Below, in pieces: positions 14,830 to 30,150 of a stretch of 64,000 bases of DNA. The stretch lies in the NCBI GenBank assembly GCA_964658305.1, contig OZ210884.1:2542001-2606000 (forward strand). Direction: 5' to 3'. Position 1 is the stretch's first letter. Every line of letters starts with the position of its first letter. Source of the DNA: Leptogorgia sarmentosa (lineage: Eukaryota). The notes beneath the pieces are model-generated. The model worked only from the letters and a program-made list of their open reading frames with translations. It was not told where the DNA came from and ran no database searches. The position numbers were made by a program, and so were the translations under genes.

Positions 14830-17800
14830 ACAACGGGCTACCCATCATCATGCCCTTGCTCGTATTTTTATCACAGGTTTAGGAAATTTTCGCTGCACAT
14901 TGCTCTTGGCATGGTGAATACGCATGGTAAATTTGGTGGTGACACCATTCAAAATGGAAGCCACAGAAGCAATCAAGTCCCTTCACTTGGTATGGTATAT
15001 TTGCTATTGCTCCTGTTGAGATTCCTTTGAAACAACGGGCTACCCATCATCATGCCCTTGCTCGTATTTTTATCACAGGTTTAGGAAATTTTCGCTGCAC
15101 ATTGCTCTTGGCATGGTGAATACGCATGGTAAATTTGGTGGTGACACCATTCAAAATGGAAGCCACAGAAGCAATCAAGTCACTTCGCCTGGTATGGTAT
15201 ATTTGCTATTGCTATTGCTCCTGTTGAGATTCCTTTGAAACAACGGGCTACCCATCATCATGCCCTTGCTCGTATTTTTATCACAGGTTTACGAAATTTT
15301 CGCTGCACATTGCTCTTGGCATGGTGAATACGCATGGTAAATTTGGTGGCGACACCTTTCAAAATGGAAGCCACAGATGCAATCAAGTCCCTTCACCTGG
15401 TATGGTATATTTGCTATTGCTCCTGTTGAGATTCCTTTGAAACAACGGGCTACCCATCATCATGCCCTAGCTCGTATTTTTATCACAGGTTTACGAAATT
15501 TTCGCTGCACATTGCTCTTGGCATGGTGAATACGCATGGTAAATTTGGTGGCGACACCATTCAAAATGGAAGCCACAGAAGCAATCAAGTCCCGTCACCT
15601 GGTATGGTATATTTGCTATTGGTCCTGTTGAGATTCCTTTGAAACAACGGGCTACCCATCATCATGCCCTTGCTCGTATTTTTATCACAGGTTTACAAAA
15701 GTTTCGCTGCACATTGCTCTCGGCATGGTGAATACGCATGGTAAATTTGGTGGCGACACCATTCAAAATGGAAGCCACAGAAGCAATCAAGTCTTTTCAA
15801 CTGGTATGCTATATTTGCTATTGCTATTGCTCCTGTTGAAATTCCTTTGAAACAACGGGCTACCCATTATCATGCCCTTGCTCGTATTTTTATCACAGGT
15901 TTACGAAATTTTCGCTGCACATTGCACTTGGCATGGTGAATACGCATGGTAAATTTGGTGGCGACACCATTCAAAATGGAAGCCACATAAGCAATCAAGT
16001 CCCTTCAGCTGGTATGGTATATTTGCTATTGCTATTGCTCCTATTGAGATTCCTTTGAAACAACGGGCTACCCATCATCATGCCCTTGCTCGTATTTTTA
16101 TCACAGGTTTACGAAATTTTCGCTGCACATTGCTCTTGGCATGGTGAATACGCATGGTAAATTTGGTAGCGACACCATTCAAAATGGAAGCCACAGAAGC
16201 AATCAAGTCCCTTCAGCTGGTATGGTATATTTGCTATTGCTATTGCTCCTGTTGAGATTCCTTTGAAACAACGGGCTACCCATCATCATGCCCTTGCTCG
16301 TATTTTCATCACAGGTTTACGAAATTTTCGCTGCACATTGCTCTTGGCATGGTGAATACGCATGGTAAATTTGGTAGCGACACCATTCAAAATGGAAGCC
16401 ACAGAAGCAATCAAGTTCCTTTACCTGGTATGGTATATTTGCTATCGCTATTGCTCCTGTTGAGATTCCTTTGAAACAACGGGCTACCCATCATCATGCC
16501 CTTGCTCGTATTTTTATCACAGGTTTACGACATTTTCGCTGCACATTCCTCTTGGCATGGTGAATACGCATGGTAAATGTGGTGGCGACACCATTCAAAA
16601 TGGAAGCCACAGAAGCAATCAAGTCCCTTCACCTGTTATGGTATATTTACTATTGCTATTGCTCCTGTTGAGATTCCTTTGAAACAACGGGCTACCCATC
16701 ATCATGCCCTTGCTCGTATTTTTATCACAGGTTTACGAAATTTTCGCTGCACATTGCTCTTGGCATGGTGAATACGCATGGTAAATTTGGTAGCGACACC
16801 ATTCAAAATGGAAGCCACAGAAGCAATCAAGTCCCTTTACCTGGTATGGTATATTTGCTATCGCTATTGCTCCTGTTGAGATTCCTTTGAAACAACGGGC
16901 TACCCATCATCATGCCCTTGCTCGTATTTTTATCACAGGTTTACGACATTTTCGCTGCACATTCCTCTTGGCATGGTGAATACGCATGGTAAATTTGGTG
17001 GCGACACCATTCAAAATGGAAGCCACAGAAGCAATCAAGTCCCTTCACCTGGTATGGTATATTTGCTATCGCTATTGCTCCTGTTGAGATTCCTTTGAAA
17101 CAACGGGCTACCCATCATCATGCCCTTGCTCGTATTTTTATCACAGGTTTACGAAATTTTCGCTGCACATTGCTCTTGGCATGGTGAATACGCATGGTAA
17201 ATTTGGTGGTGACAACATTCAAAATGGAAGCCACAGAAGCAATCAAGTCCCTTCACCTGGTATGGTATATTTGCTATTGCTCCTGTTGAGATTCCTTTGA
17301 AACAACGGGCTACCCATCATCATGCCCTTGCTCGTATTTTTATCACAGGTTTACGAAATTTTCGCTGCACATTGCTCTTGGCATGATGAATACGCATGGT
17401 AAATTTGTTGGCGACACCATTCAAAATGGAAGCCACAGAAGCAATCAAGTCCCTTCGCCTGGTATGGTATATTTGCTATTGCTATTGCTCCTGTTGAGAT
17501 TCCTTTGAAACAACGGGCTACCCATCATCATGCCCTTGCTCGTATTTTTAACACAGGTTTACGAAATGTTCGCTGCACATTGCTCTTGGCATGGTGAATA
17601 CGCATGGTAAATTTGGTGGCGACACCATTCAAAATGGAAGCCACAGAAGCAATCAAGTCCCTTCACCTGGTATGGTATATATGCTATTGCTCCTGTTGAG
17701 ATTCCTTTGAAACAACGGGCTACCCATCATCATGCCCTTGCTCGTATTTTTATCACAGGTTTACAAAAGTTTCGCTGCACATTGCTCTTGGCATGATGAA

Positions 17801-20800
17801 TACGCATGGTAAATTTGGTGGCGACACCATTCAAAATGGAAGCCACAGAAGCAATCAAGTCTTTTCAACTGGTATGGTATATTTGCTATTGCTATTGCTC
17901 CTATTGAGATTCCTTTGAAACAACGGGCTACCCATCATCATGCCCTTGCTCGTATTTTTATCACAGGTTTACGAAATTTTCGCTGCACATTGCTCTTGGC
18001 ATGGTGAATACGCATGGTAAATTTGGTGGCGACACCATTCAAAATGGAAGCCACAGAAGCAATCAAGTCCCTTCACCTGGTATGGTATATTTGCTATTGC
18101 TATTGCTCCTGTTGAGATTCCTCTGAAACAACGGGCTACCCATCATCATGCCCTTGCTCGTATTTTTATCACAGGTTTTCGAAATTTTCACTGCACATTG
18201 CTCTTGGCATGGTGAATACGCATGGTAAATTTGGTGGCGACACCATTCAAAATGGAAGCCACAGAAGCAATCAAGTCCCTTCACCTGGTATGGTATATTT
18301 GCTATTGCTATTGCTCCTGTTGAGATTCCTTTGAAACAACGGGCTACCCATCATCATGCCCTTGCTCGTATTTTTATCACAGGTTTACGAAATTTTCGCT
18401 GCACATTGCTCTTAGCATGGTGAATACGCATGGTAAATTTGGTAGCGACACCATTCAAAATGGAAGCCACAGAAGCAATCAAGTCCCTTCAGCTGGTATG
18501 GTATATTTGCTATTGCTATTGCTCCTGTTGAGATTCCTTTGAAACAACGGGCTACCCATCATCATGCCCTTGCTCGTATTTTTATCACAGGTTTACGAAA
18601 TTTTCGCTGCACATTGCTCTTGGCATGGTGAATACGCATGGTAAATTTGGTAGCGACACCATTCAAAATGGAAGCCACAGAAGCAATCAAGTCCCTTCAC
18701 CTGTTATGGTATATTTACTATTGCTATTGCTCCTGTTGAGATTCCTTTGAAACAACGGGCTACCCATCATCATGCCCTTGCTCGTATTTTTATTACAGGT
18801 TTACGAAATTTTCGCTGCACATTGCTCTCTCTCTGCATGGTGAATACGCATGGTAAATTTGGTGGCGACACCATTCAAAATGGAAGCCACAGAAGCAATC
18901 AAGTCCCTTCACCTGTTATGGTATATTTACTATTGCTATTGCTCCTGTTGAGATTCCTTTGAAACAACGGGCTACCCATCATCATGCCCTTGCTCGTATT
19001 TTTATCACAGGTTTACGAAATTTTCGCTGCACATTGCTCTTGGAATGGTGAATACGCATGGTAAATTTGGTGGCGACACCATTTAAAATAGAAGCCACAG
19101 AAGCAATCAAGTCCCTTCAGCTGGTATGGTATATTTGCTATTGCTATTGCTCCTGTTGAGATTCCTTTGAAACAACGGGCTACCCATCATCATGCCCTTG
19201 CTCGTATTTTTATGACAGGTTTATGAAATTTTCGCTGCACATTGCTCTTGGCATGGTGAATACGCATGGTAAATTTGGTGGCGACACCATTCAAAATGGA
19301 AGCCACTGAAGCAATCAAGTCCCTTCGCCTGGTATGGTATATTTGCTATTGGTATTGCTCCTGTTGAGATTCCTTTGAAACAACGGGCTACCCATTATCA
19401 TGCCCTTGCTCGTATTTTTATCACAGGTTTACGAAATTTTCGCTGCACATTGCTCTTGGCATGGTGAATACGCATGGTAAATTTGGTGGTGACAACTTTC
19501 AAAATGGAAGCCACAGAAGCAATCAAGTCCCTTCACCTGGTATGGTATATTTGCTATTGCTCCTGTTGAGATTCCTTTGAAACAACGGGCTACCCATCAT
19601 CATGCCCTTGCTCGAATTTTTATCACAGATTTACGAAATTTTCGCTGCACATTGCTCTTGGCATGATGAATACGCATGGTAAATTTGGTGGCGACACCAT
19701 TCAAAATGGAAGCCACAGAAGCAATCAAGTCTCTTCGCCTGGTATGGTATATTTGCTATTGCTATTGCTCCTGTTGAGATTCCTTTGAAACAACGGGCTA
19801 CCCATCATCATGCCCTTGCTCGTATTTTTATCACAGGTTTACGAAATGTTCGCTGCACATTGCTCTTGGCATGGTGAATACGCATGGTAAATTTGGTGGC
19901 GACACCATTCAAAATGGAAGCCACTGAAGCAATCAAGTCCCTTCGCCTGGTATGGTATATTTGCTATTGCTATTGCTCCTGTTGAGATTCCTTTGAAACA
20001 ACGGGCTACCCATTATCATGCCCTTGCTCGTATTTTTATCACAGGTTTACGAAATTTTCCCTGCACATTGCACTTGGCATGGTGAATACGCATGGTAAAT
20101 TTGGTGGCGACACCATTCAAAATGGAAGCCACTGAAGCAATCAAGTCCCTTCACCTGGTATGGTATATTTGCTATTGCTATTGCTCCTGTTGAGATTCCT
20201 TTGAAACAACGGGCTACCCATTATCATGCCCTTGCTCGTATTTTTATCACAGGTTTACGAAATTTTCGCTGCACATTGCTCTTGGCATGGTGAATACGCA
20301 TGGTCAATTTGGTGGCGACACCAATCAAAATGGAAGCCACAGAAGCAATCAAGTCCCTTCACCTGGTATGGTATATTTGCTATTGCTCCTGTTGAGATTC
20401 CTTTGAAACAACGGGCTACCCATCATCATGCCCTTGCTCGTATTTTTATCACAGGTTTAAGAAATTTTCGCTGCACATTGCTCTCTGCATGGTGAATACG
20501 CATGGTAAATTTGTTGCCGACACCATTCAAAATGGAAGCCACTGAAGCAATCAAGTCCCTTCGCCTGGTATGGTATATTTGCTATTGCTATTGCTCCTGT
20601 TGAGATTCCTTTGAAACAACGGGCTACCCATTATCATGCCCTTGCTCGTATTTTTATCACAGGTTTACGAAATTTTCGCTGCACATTGCTCTTGGCATGG
20701 TGAATACGCATGGTAAATTTGGTGGCGACACCATTCAAAATGGAAGCCACAGAAGCAATCAAGTCCCTTCACCTGGTATGGTATATTTGCTATTGCTATT

Positions 20801-23800
20801 GCTCCTGTTGAGATTCCTTTGAAACGACGGGCTACCCATCATCATGCCCTTGCTCGTATTTTTATCACAGGTTTACGAAATTTTCGCTGCACATTGCTCT
20901 TGGCATGGTGAATACGCATGGTAAATTTGGTGGCGACGCCATTTAAAATAGAAGCCACAGAAGCAATCAAGTCCCTTCAGCTGGTATGGTATATTTGCTA
21001 TTGCTATTGCTCCTGTTGAGATTCCTTTGAAACAACGAGCTACCCATCATCATGCCCTTGCTCGTATTTTTATCACAGGTTTACGAAATTTTCGCTGCAC
21101 ATTGCTCTTGGCATGGTGAATACGCATGGTAAATTTGGTGGCGACACCATTTAAAATAGAAGCCACAGAAGCAATCAAGTCCCTTCACCTGGTATGGTAT
21201 ATTTGCTATTGCTATTGCTCCTGTTGAGATTCCTTTGAAACAACGGGCTACCCATCATCATGCCCTTGCTCGTATTTTTATCGCAGGTTTACGACATTTT
21301 CGCTGCGCATTGCTCGTGGCATGGTGAATACGCATGGTAAATTTGGTGGTGACACCATTCAAAATGGAAGCCACAGAAGCAATCAAGTCCCTTCACCTGG
21401 TATGGTATATTTGCTATTGCTATTGCTCCTGTTGAGATTCCTTTGAAACAACGGGCTACCCATCATCCTGCCCTTGCTCGTATTTTTATCACAGGTTTAC
21501 GAAATTTTCGCTGCACATTGCTCTTGGAATGGTGAATACGCATGGTAAATTTTGGGGCGACACCATTCAAAATGGAAGCCACACAAGCAATCAAGTCCCT
21601 TCACCTGGTATGGTATATTTGCTATTGCTATTGCTCCTGTTGAGATTCCTTTGAAACAACGGGCTACCCATCATCATGCCCTTGCTCGTATTTTTATCAC
21701 AGGTTTACGAAATTTTCGCTGCACATTGCTCTTGGCATGGTGAATACGCATGGTAAATTTGGTAGCGACACCATTCAAAATGGAAGCCACAGAAGCAATC
21801 AAGTCCCTTTACCTGTTATGGTATATTTACTATTGCTATTGCTCCTGTTGAGATTCCTTTGAAACAACGGGCTACCCATCATCATGCCCTTGCTCGTATT
21901 TTTATCACAGGTTTACGAAATTTTCGCTGCACATTGCTCTTGGCATGGTGAATACGCATGGTAAATTTGGTGGCGACACCATTTAAAATAGAAGCCACAG
22001 AAGCAATGAAGTCCCTTCACCTGGTATGGTATATTTGCTATTGCTATTGCTCCTGTTGAGATTCCTTTGAAACAACGGGCTACGCATCATCATGCCCTTG
22101 CTCGTATTTTTATCACAGGTTTAGGAAATTTTCGCTGCACATTGCTCTTGGCATGGTGAATACGCATGGTAAATTTGGTGGTGACACCATTCAAAATGGA
22201 AGCCACAGAAGCAATCAAGTCCCTTCACTTGGTATGGTATATTTGCTATTGCTCCTGTTGAGATTCCTTTGAAACAACGGGCTACCCATCATCATGCCCT
22301 TGCTCGTATTTTTATCACAGGTTTAGGAAATTTTCGCTGCACATTGCTCTTGGCATGGTGAATACGCATGGTAAATTTGGTGGTGACACCATTCAAAATG
22401 GAAGCCACAGAAGCAATCAAGTCACTTCGCCTGGTATGGTATATTTGCTATTGCTATTGCTCCTGTTGAGATTCCTTTGAAACAACGGGCTACCCATCAT
22501 CATGCCCTTGCTCGTATTTTTATCACAGGTTTACGAAATTTTCGCTGCACATTGCTCTTGGCATGGTGAATACGCATGGTAAATTTGGTGGCGACACCTT
22601 TCAAAATGGAAGCCACAGATGCAATCAAGTCCCTTCACCTGGTATGGTATATTTGCTATTGCTCCTGTTGAGATTCCTTTGAAACAACGGGCTACCCATC
22701 ATCATGCCCTTGCTCGTATTTTTATCACAGGTTTACGAAATTTTCGCTGCACATTGCTCTTGGCATGGTGAATACGCATGGTAAATTTGGTGGCGACACC
22801 ATTCAAAATGGAAGCCACAGAAGCAATCAAGTCCCGTCACCTGGTATGGTATATTTGCTATTGGTCCTGTTGAGATTCCTTTGAAACAACGGGCTACCCA
22901 TCATCATGCCCTTGCTCGTATTTTTATCACAGGTTTACAAAAGTTTCGCTGCACATTGCTCTTGGCATGATGAATACGCATGGTAAATTTGGTGGCGACA
23001 CCATTCAAAATGGAAGCCACAGAAGCAATCAACTCCCTTCACCTGGTATGGTATATTTGCTATTGCTACTGTTGAGATTCCTTTGAAACAACGGGCTACC
23101 CATCGTCATGCCCTTGCTCGTATTTTTATCACACGTTTACGAAAGTTTCGCTGCACATTGCTCTCGGCATGGTGAATACGCATGGTAAATTTGGTGGCGA
23201 CACCATTCAAAATGGAAGCCACAGAAGCAATCAAGTCTTTTCAACTGGTATGCTATATTTGCTATTGCTATTGCTCCTGTTGAAATTCCTTTGAAACAAC
23301 GGGCTACCCATTATCATGCCCTTGCTCGTATTTTTATCACAGGTTTACGAAATTTTCGCTGCACATTGCACTTGGCATGGTGAATACGCATGGTAAATTT
23401 GGTGGCGACACCATTCAAAATGGAAGCCACATAAGCAATCAAGTCCCTTCAGCTGGTATGGTATATTTGCTATTGCTATTGCTCCTATTGAGATTCCTTT
23501 GAAACAACGGGCTACCCATCATCATGCCCTTGCTCGTATTTTTATCACAGGTTTACGAAATTTTCGCTGCACATTGCTCTTGGCATGGTGAATACGCATG
23601 GTAAATTTGGTAGCGACACCATTCAAAATGGAAGCCACAGAAGCAATCAAGTCCCTTCAGCTGGTATGGTATATTTGCTATTGCTATTGCTCCTGTTGAG
23701 ATTCCTTTGAAACAACGGGCTACCCATCATCATGCCCTTGCTCGTATTTTCATCACAGGTTTACGAAATTTTCGCTGCACATTGCTCTTGGCATGGTGAA

Positions 23801-26800
23801 TACGCATGGTAAATTTGGTAGCGACACCATTCAAAATGGAAGCCACAGAAGCAATCAAGTTCCTTTACCTGGTATGGTATATTTGCTATCGCTATTGCTC
23901 CTGTTGAGATTCCTTTGAAACAACGGGCTACCCATCATCATGCCCTTGCTCGTATTTTTATCACAGGTTTACGACATTTTCGCTGCACATTCCTCTTGGC
24001 ATGGTGAATACGCATGGTAAATGTGGTGGCGACACCATTCAAAATGGAAGCCACAGAAGCAATCAAGTCCCTTCACCTGTTATGGTATATTTACTATTGC
24101 TATTGCTCCTGTTGAGATTCCTTTGAAACAACGGGCTACCCATCATCATGCCCTTGCTCGTATTTTTATCACAGGTTTACGAAATTTTCGCTGCACATTG
24201 CTCTTGGCATGGTGAATACGCATGGTAAATTTGGTAGCGACACCATTCAAAATGGAAGCCACAGAAGCAATCAAGTCCCTTTACCTGGTATGGTATATTT
24301 GCTATCGCTATTGCTCCTGTTGAGATTCCTTTGAAACAACGGGCTACCCATCATCATGCCCTTGCTCGTATTTTTATCACAGGTTTACGACATTTTCGCT
24401 GCACATTCCTCTTGGCATGGTGAATACGCATGGTAAATTTGGTGGCGACACCATTCAAAATGGAAGCCACAGAAGCAATCAAGTCCCTTCACCTGGTATG
24501 GTATATTTGCTATCGCTATTGCTCCTGTTGAGATTCCTTTGAAACAACGGGCTACCCATCATCATGCCCTTGCTCGTATTTTTATCACAGGTTTACGAAA
24601 TTTTCGCTGCACATTGCTCTTGGCATGGTGAATACGCATGGTAAATTTGGTGGTGACAACATTCAAAATGGAAGCCACAGAAGCAATCAAGTCCCTTCAC
24701 CTGGTATGGTATATTTGCTATTGCTCCTGTTGAGATTCCTTTGAAACAACGGGCTACCCATCATCATGCCCTTGCTCGTATTTTTATCACAGGTTTACGA
24801 AATTTTCGCTGCACATTGCTCTTGGCATGATGAATACGCATGGTAAATTTGTTGGCGACACCATTCAAAATGGAAGCCACAGAAGCAATCAAGTCCCTTC
24901 GCCTGGTATGGTATATTTGCTATTGCTATTGCTCCTGTTGAGATTCCTTTGAAACAACGGGTTACCCATCATCATGCCCTTGCTCGTATTTTTAACACAG
25001 GTTTACGAAATGTTCGCTGCACATTGCTCTTGGCATGGTGAATACGCATGGTAAATTTGGTGGCGACACCATTCAAAATGGAAGCCACAGAAGCAATCAA
25101 GTCCCTTCACCTGGTATGGTATATATGCTATTGCTCCTGTTGAGATTCCTTTGAAACAACGGGCTACCCATCATCATGCCCTTGCTCGTATTTTTATCAC
25201 AGGTTTACAAAAGTTTCGCTGCACATTGCTCTTGGCATGATGAATACGCATGGTAAATTTGGTGGCGACACCATTCAAAATGGAAGCCACAGAAGCAATC
25301 AAGTCTTTTCAACTGGTATGGTATATTTGCTATTGCTATTGCTCCTATTGAGATTCCTTTGAAACAACGGGCTACCCATCATCATGCCCTTGCTCGTATT
25401 TTTATCACAGGTTTACGAAATTTTCGCTGCACATTGCTCTTGGCATGATGAATACGCATGGTAAATTTGTTGGCGACACCATTCAAAATGGAAGCCACAG
25501 AAGCAATCAAGTCCCTTCGCCTGGTATGGTATATTTGCTATTGCTATTGCTCCTGTTGAGATTCCTTTGAAACAACGGGTTACCCATCATCATGCCCTTG
25601 CTCGTATTTTTAACACAGGTTTACGAAATGTTCGCTGCACATTGCTCTTGGCATGGTGAATACGCATGGTAAATTTGGTGGCGACACCATTCAAAATGGA
25701 AGCCACAGAAGCAATCAAGTCCCTTCACCTGGTATGGTATATATGCTATTGCTCCTGTTGAGATTCCTTTGAAACAACGGGCTACCCATCATCATGCCCT
25801 TGCTCGTATTTTTATCACAGGTTTACAAAAGTTTCGCTGCACATTGCTCTTGGCATGATGAATACGCATGGTAAATTTGGTGGCGACACCATTCAAAATG
25901 GAAGCCACAGAAGCAATCAAGTCTTTTCAACTGGTATGGTATATTTGCTATTGCTATTGCTCCTATTGAGATTCCTTTGAAACAACGGGCTACCCATCAT
26001 CATGCCCTTGCTCGTATTTTTATCACAGGTTTACGAAATTTTCGCTGCACATTGCTCTTGGCATGGTGAATACGCATGGTAAATTTGGTGGCGACACCAT
26101 TCAAAATGGAAGCCACAGAAGCAATCAAGTCCCTTCACCTGGTATGGTATATTTGCTATTGCTATTGCTCCTGTTGAGATTCCTCTGAAACAACGGGCTA
26201 CCCATCATCATGCCCTTGCTCGTATTTTTATCACAGGTTTTCGAAATTTTCACTGCACATTGCTCTTGGCATGGTGAATACGCATGGTAAATTTGGTGGC
26301 GACACCATTCAAAATGGAAGCCACAGAAGCAATCAAGTCCCTTCACCTGGTATGGTATATTTGCTATTGCTATTGCTCCTGTTGAGATTCCTTTGAAACA
26401 ACGGGCTACCCATCATCATGCCCTTGCTCGTATTTTTATCACAGGTTTACGAAATTTTCGCTGCACATTGCTCTTAGCATGGTGAATACGCATGGTAAAT
26501 TTGGTAGCGACACCATTCAAAATGGAAGCCACAGAAGCAATCAAGTCCCTTCAGCTGGTATGGTATATTTGCTATTGCTATTGCTCCTGTTGAGATTCCT
26601 TTGAAACAACGGGCTACCCATCATCATGCCCTTGCTCGTATTTTTATCACAGGTTTACGAAATTTTCGCTGCACATTGCTCTTGGCATGGTGAATACGCA
26701 TGGTAAATTTGGTAGCGACACCATTCAAAATGGAAGCCACAGAAGCAATCAAGTCCCTTCACCTGTTATGGTATATTTACTATTGCTATTGCTCCTGTTG

Positions 26801-29800
26801 AGATTCCTTTGAAACAACGGGCTACCCATCATCATGCCCTTGCTCGTATTTTTATTACAGGTTTACGAAATTTTCGCTGCACATTGCTCTCTCTCTGCAT
26901 GGTGAATACGCATGGTAAATTTGGTGGCGACACCATTCAAAATGGAAGCCACAGAAGCAATCAAGTCCCTTCACCTGTTATGGTATATTTACTATTGCTA
27001 TTGCTCCTGTTGAGATTCCTTTGAAACAACGGGCTACCCATCATCATGCCCTTGCTCGTATTTTTATCACAGGTTTACGAAATTTTCGCTGCACATTGCT
27101 CTTGGAATGGTGAATACGCATGGTAAATTTGGTGGCGACACCATTTAAAATAGAAGCCACAGAAGCAATCAAGTCCCTTCAGCTGGTATGGTATATTTGC
27201 TATTGCTATTGCTCCTGTTGAGATTCCTTTGAAACAACGGGCTACCCATCATCATGCCCTTGCTCGTATTTTTATGACAGGTTTACGAAATTTTCGCTGC
27301 ACATTGCTCTTGGCATGGTGAATACGCATGGTAAATTTGGTGGCGACACCATTCAAAATGGAAGCCACTGAAGCAATCAAGTCCCTTCGCCTGGTATGGT
27401 ATATTTGCTATTGCTATTGCTCCTGTTGAGATTCCTTTGAAACAACGGGCTACCCATTATCATGCCCTTGCTCGTATTTTTATCACAGGTTTACGAAATT
27501 TTCGCTGCACATTGCTCTTGGCATGGTGAATACGCATGGTGAATTTGGTGGTGACAACTTTCAAAATGGAAGCCACAGAAGCAATCAAGTCCCTTCACCT
27601 GGTATGGTATATTTGCTATTGCTCCTGTTGAGATTCCTTTGAAACAACGGGCTACCCATCATCATGCCCTTGCTCGAATTTTTATCACAGATTTACGAAA
27701 TTTTCGCTGCACATTGCTCTTGGCATGATGAATACGCATGGTAAATTTGGTGGCGACACCATTCAAAATGGAAGCCACAGAAGCAATCAAGTCTCTTCGC
27801 CTGGTATGGTATATTTGCTATTGCTATTGCTCCTGTTGAGATTCCTTTGAAACAACGGGCTACCCATCATCATGCCCTTGCTCGTATTTTTATCACAGGT
27901 TTACGAAATGTTCGCTGCACATTGCTCTTGGCATGGTGAATACGCATGGTAAATTTGGTGGCGACACCATTCAAAATGGAAGCCACTGAAGCAATCAAGT
28001 CCCTTCGCCTGGTATGGTATATTTGCTATTGCTATTGCTCCTGTTGAGATTCCTTTGAAACAACGGGCTACCCATTATCATGCCCTTGCTCGTATTTTTA
28101 TCACAGGTTTACGAAATTTTCCCTGCACATTGCACTTGGCATGGTGAATACGCATGGTAAATTTGGTGGCGACACCATTCAAAATGGAAGCCACTGAAGC
28201 AATCAAGTCCCTTCACCTGGTATGGTATATTTGCTATTGCTATTGCTCCTGTTGAGATTCCTTTGAAACAACGGGCTACCCATTATCATGCCCTTGCTCG
28301 TATTTTTATCACAGGTTTACGAAATTTTCGCTGCACATTGCTCTTGGCATGGTGAATACGCATGGTCAATTTGGTGGCGACACCAATCAAAATGGAAGCC
28401 ACAGAAGCAATCAAGTCCCTTCACCTGGTATGGTATATTTGCTATTGCTCCTGTTGAGATTCCTTTGAAACAACGGGCTACCCATCATCATGCCCTTGCT
28501 CGTATTTTTATCACAGGTTTAAGAAATTTTCGCTGCACATTGCTCTCTGCATGGTGAATACGCATGGTAAATTTGTTGCCGACACCATTCAAAATGGAAG
28601 CCACTGAAGCAATCAAGTCCCTTCGCCTGGTATGGTATATTTGCTATTGCTATTGCTCCTGTTGAGATTCCTTTGAAACAACGGGCTACCCATTATCATG
28701 CCCTTGCTCGTATTTTTATCACAGGTTTACGAAATTTTCGCTGCACATTGCTCTTGGCATGGTGAATACGCATGGTAAATTTGGTGGCGACACCATTCAA
28801 AATGGAAGCCACAGAAGCAATCAAGTCCCTTCACCTGGTATGGTATATTTGCTATTGCTATTGCTCCTGTTGAGATTCCTTTGAAACGACGGGCTACCCA
28901 TCATCATGCCCTTGCTCGTATTTTTATCACAGGTTTACGAAATTTTCGCTGCACATTGCTCTTGGCATGGTGAATACGCATGGTAAATTTGGTGGCGACA
29001 CCATTTAAAATAGAAGCCACAGAAGCAATCAAGTCCCTTCAGCTGGTATGGTATATTTGCTATTGCTATTGCTCCTGTTGAGATTCCTTTGAAACAACGA
29101 GCTACCCATCATCATGCCCTTGCTCGTATTTTTATCACAGGTTTACGAAATTTTCGCTGCACATTGCTCTTGGCATGGTGAATACGCATGGTAAATTTGG
29201 TGGCGACACCATTTAAAATAGAAGCCACAGAAGCAATCAAGTCCCTTCACCTGGTATGGTATATTTGCTATTGCTATTGCTCCTGTTGAGATTCCTTTGA
29301 AACAACGGGCTACCCATCATCATGCCCTTGCTCGTATTTTTATCGCAGGTTTACGACATTTTCGCTGCGCATTGCTCGTGGCATGGTGAATACGCATGGT
29401 AAATTTGGTGGTGACACCATTCAAAATGGAAGCCACAGAAGCAATCAAGTCCCTTCACCTGGTATGGTATATTTGCTATTGCTATTGCTCCTGTTGAGAT
29501 TCCTTTGAAACAACGGGCTACCCATCATCCTGCCCTTGCTCGTATTTTTATCACAGGTTTACGAAATTTTCGCTGCACATTGCTCTTGGAATGGTGAATA
29601 CGCATGGTAAATTTTGGGGCGACACCATTCAAAATGGAAGCCACACAAGCAATCAAGTCCCTTCACCTGGTATGGTATATTTGCTATTGCTATTGCTCCT
29701 GTTGAGATTCCCTTGAAACAACGGGCTACCCATCATCATGCCCTTGCTCGTATTTTTATCACAGGTTTACGAAATTTTCGCTGCACATTGCTCTTGGCAT

Positions 29801-30150
29801 GGTGAATACGCATGGTAAATTTGGTAGCGACACCATTCAAAATGGAAGCCACAGAAGCAATCAAGTCCCTTTACCTGTTATGGTATATTTACTATTGCTA
29901 TTGCTCCTGTTGAGATTCCTTTGAAACAACGGGCTACCCATCATCATGCCCTTGCTCGTATTTTTATCACAGGTTTACGAAATTTTCGCTGCACATTGCT
30001 CTTGGCATGGTGAATACGCATGGTAAATTTGGTGCGACACCATTTAAAATAGAAGCCACAGAAGCAATGAAGTCCCTTCACCTGGTATGGTATATTTGCT
30101 ATTGCTATTGCTCCTGTTGAGATTCCTTTGAAACAACGGGCTACGCATCA
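14830..30150. repeat. Large tandem duplication within the satellite (about 7.2-kb first copy, about 8.1-kb second copy)
   Basis: Marker offsets: CACTTGG 14984/22226 (7242); ORFs 16577/24021 (7444); 18063/26125, 18747/26809, 20226/28288 and 21552/29614 (all 8062); TACGCATC 22081/30142 (8061). Confidence 0.9.
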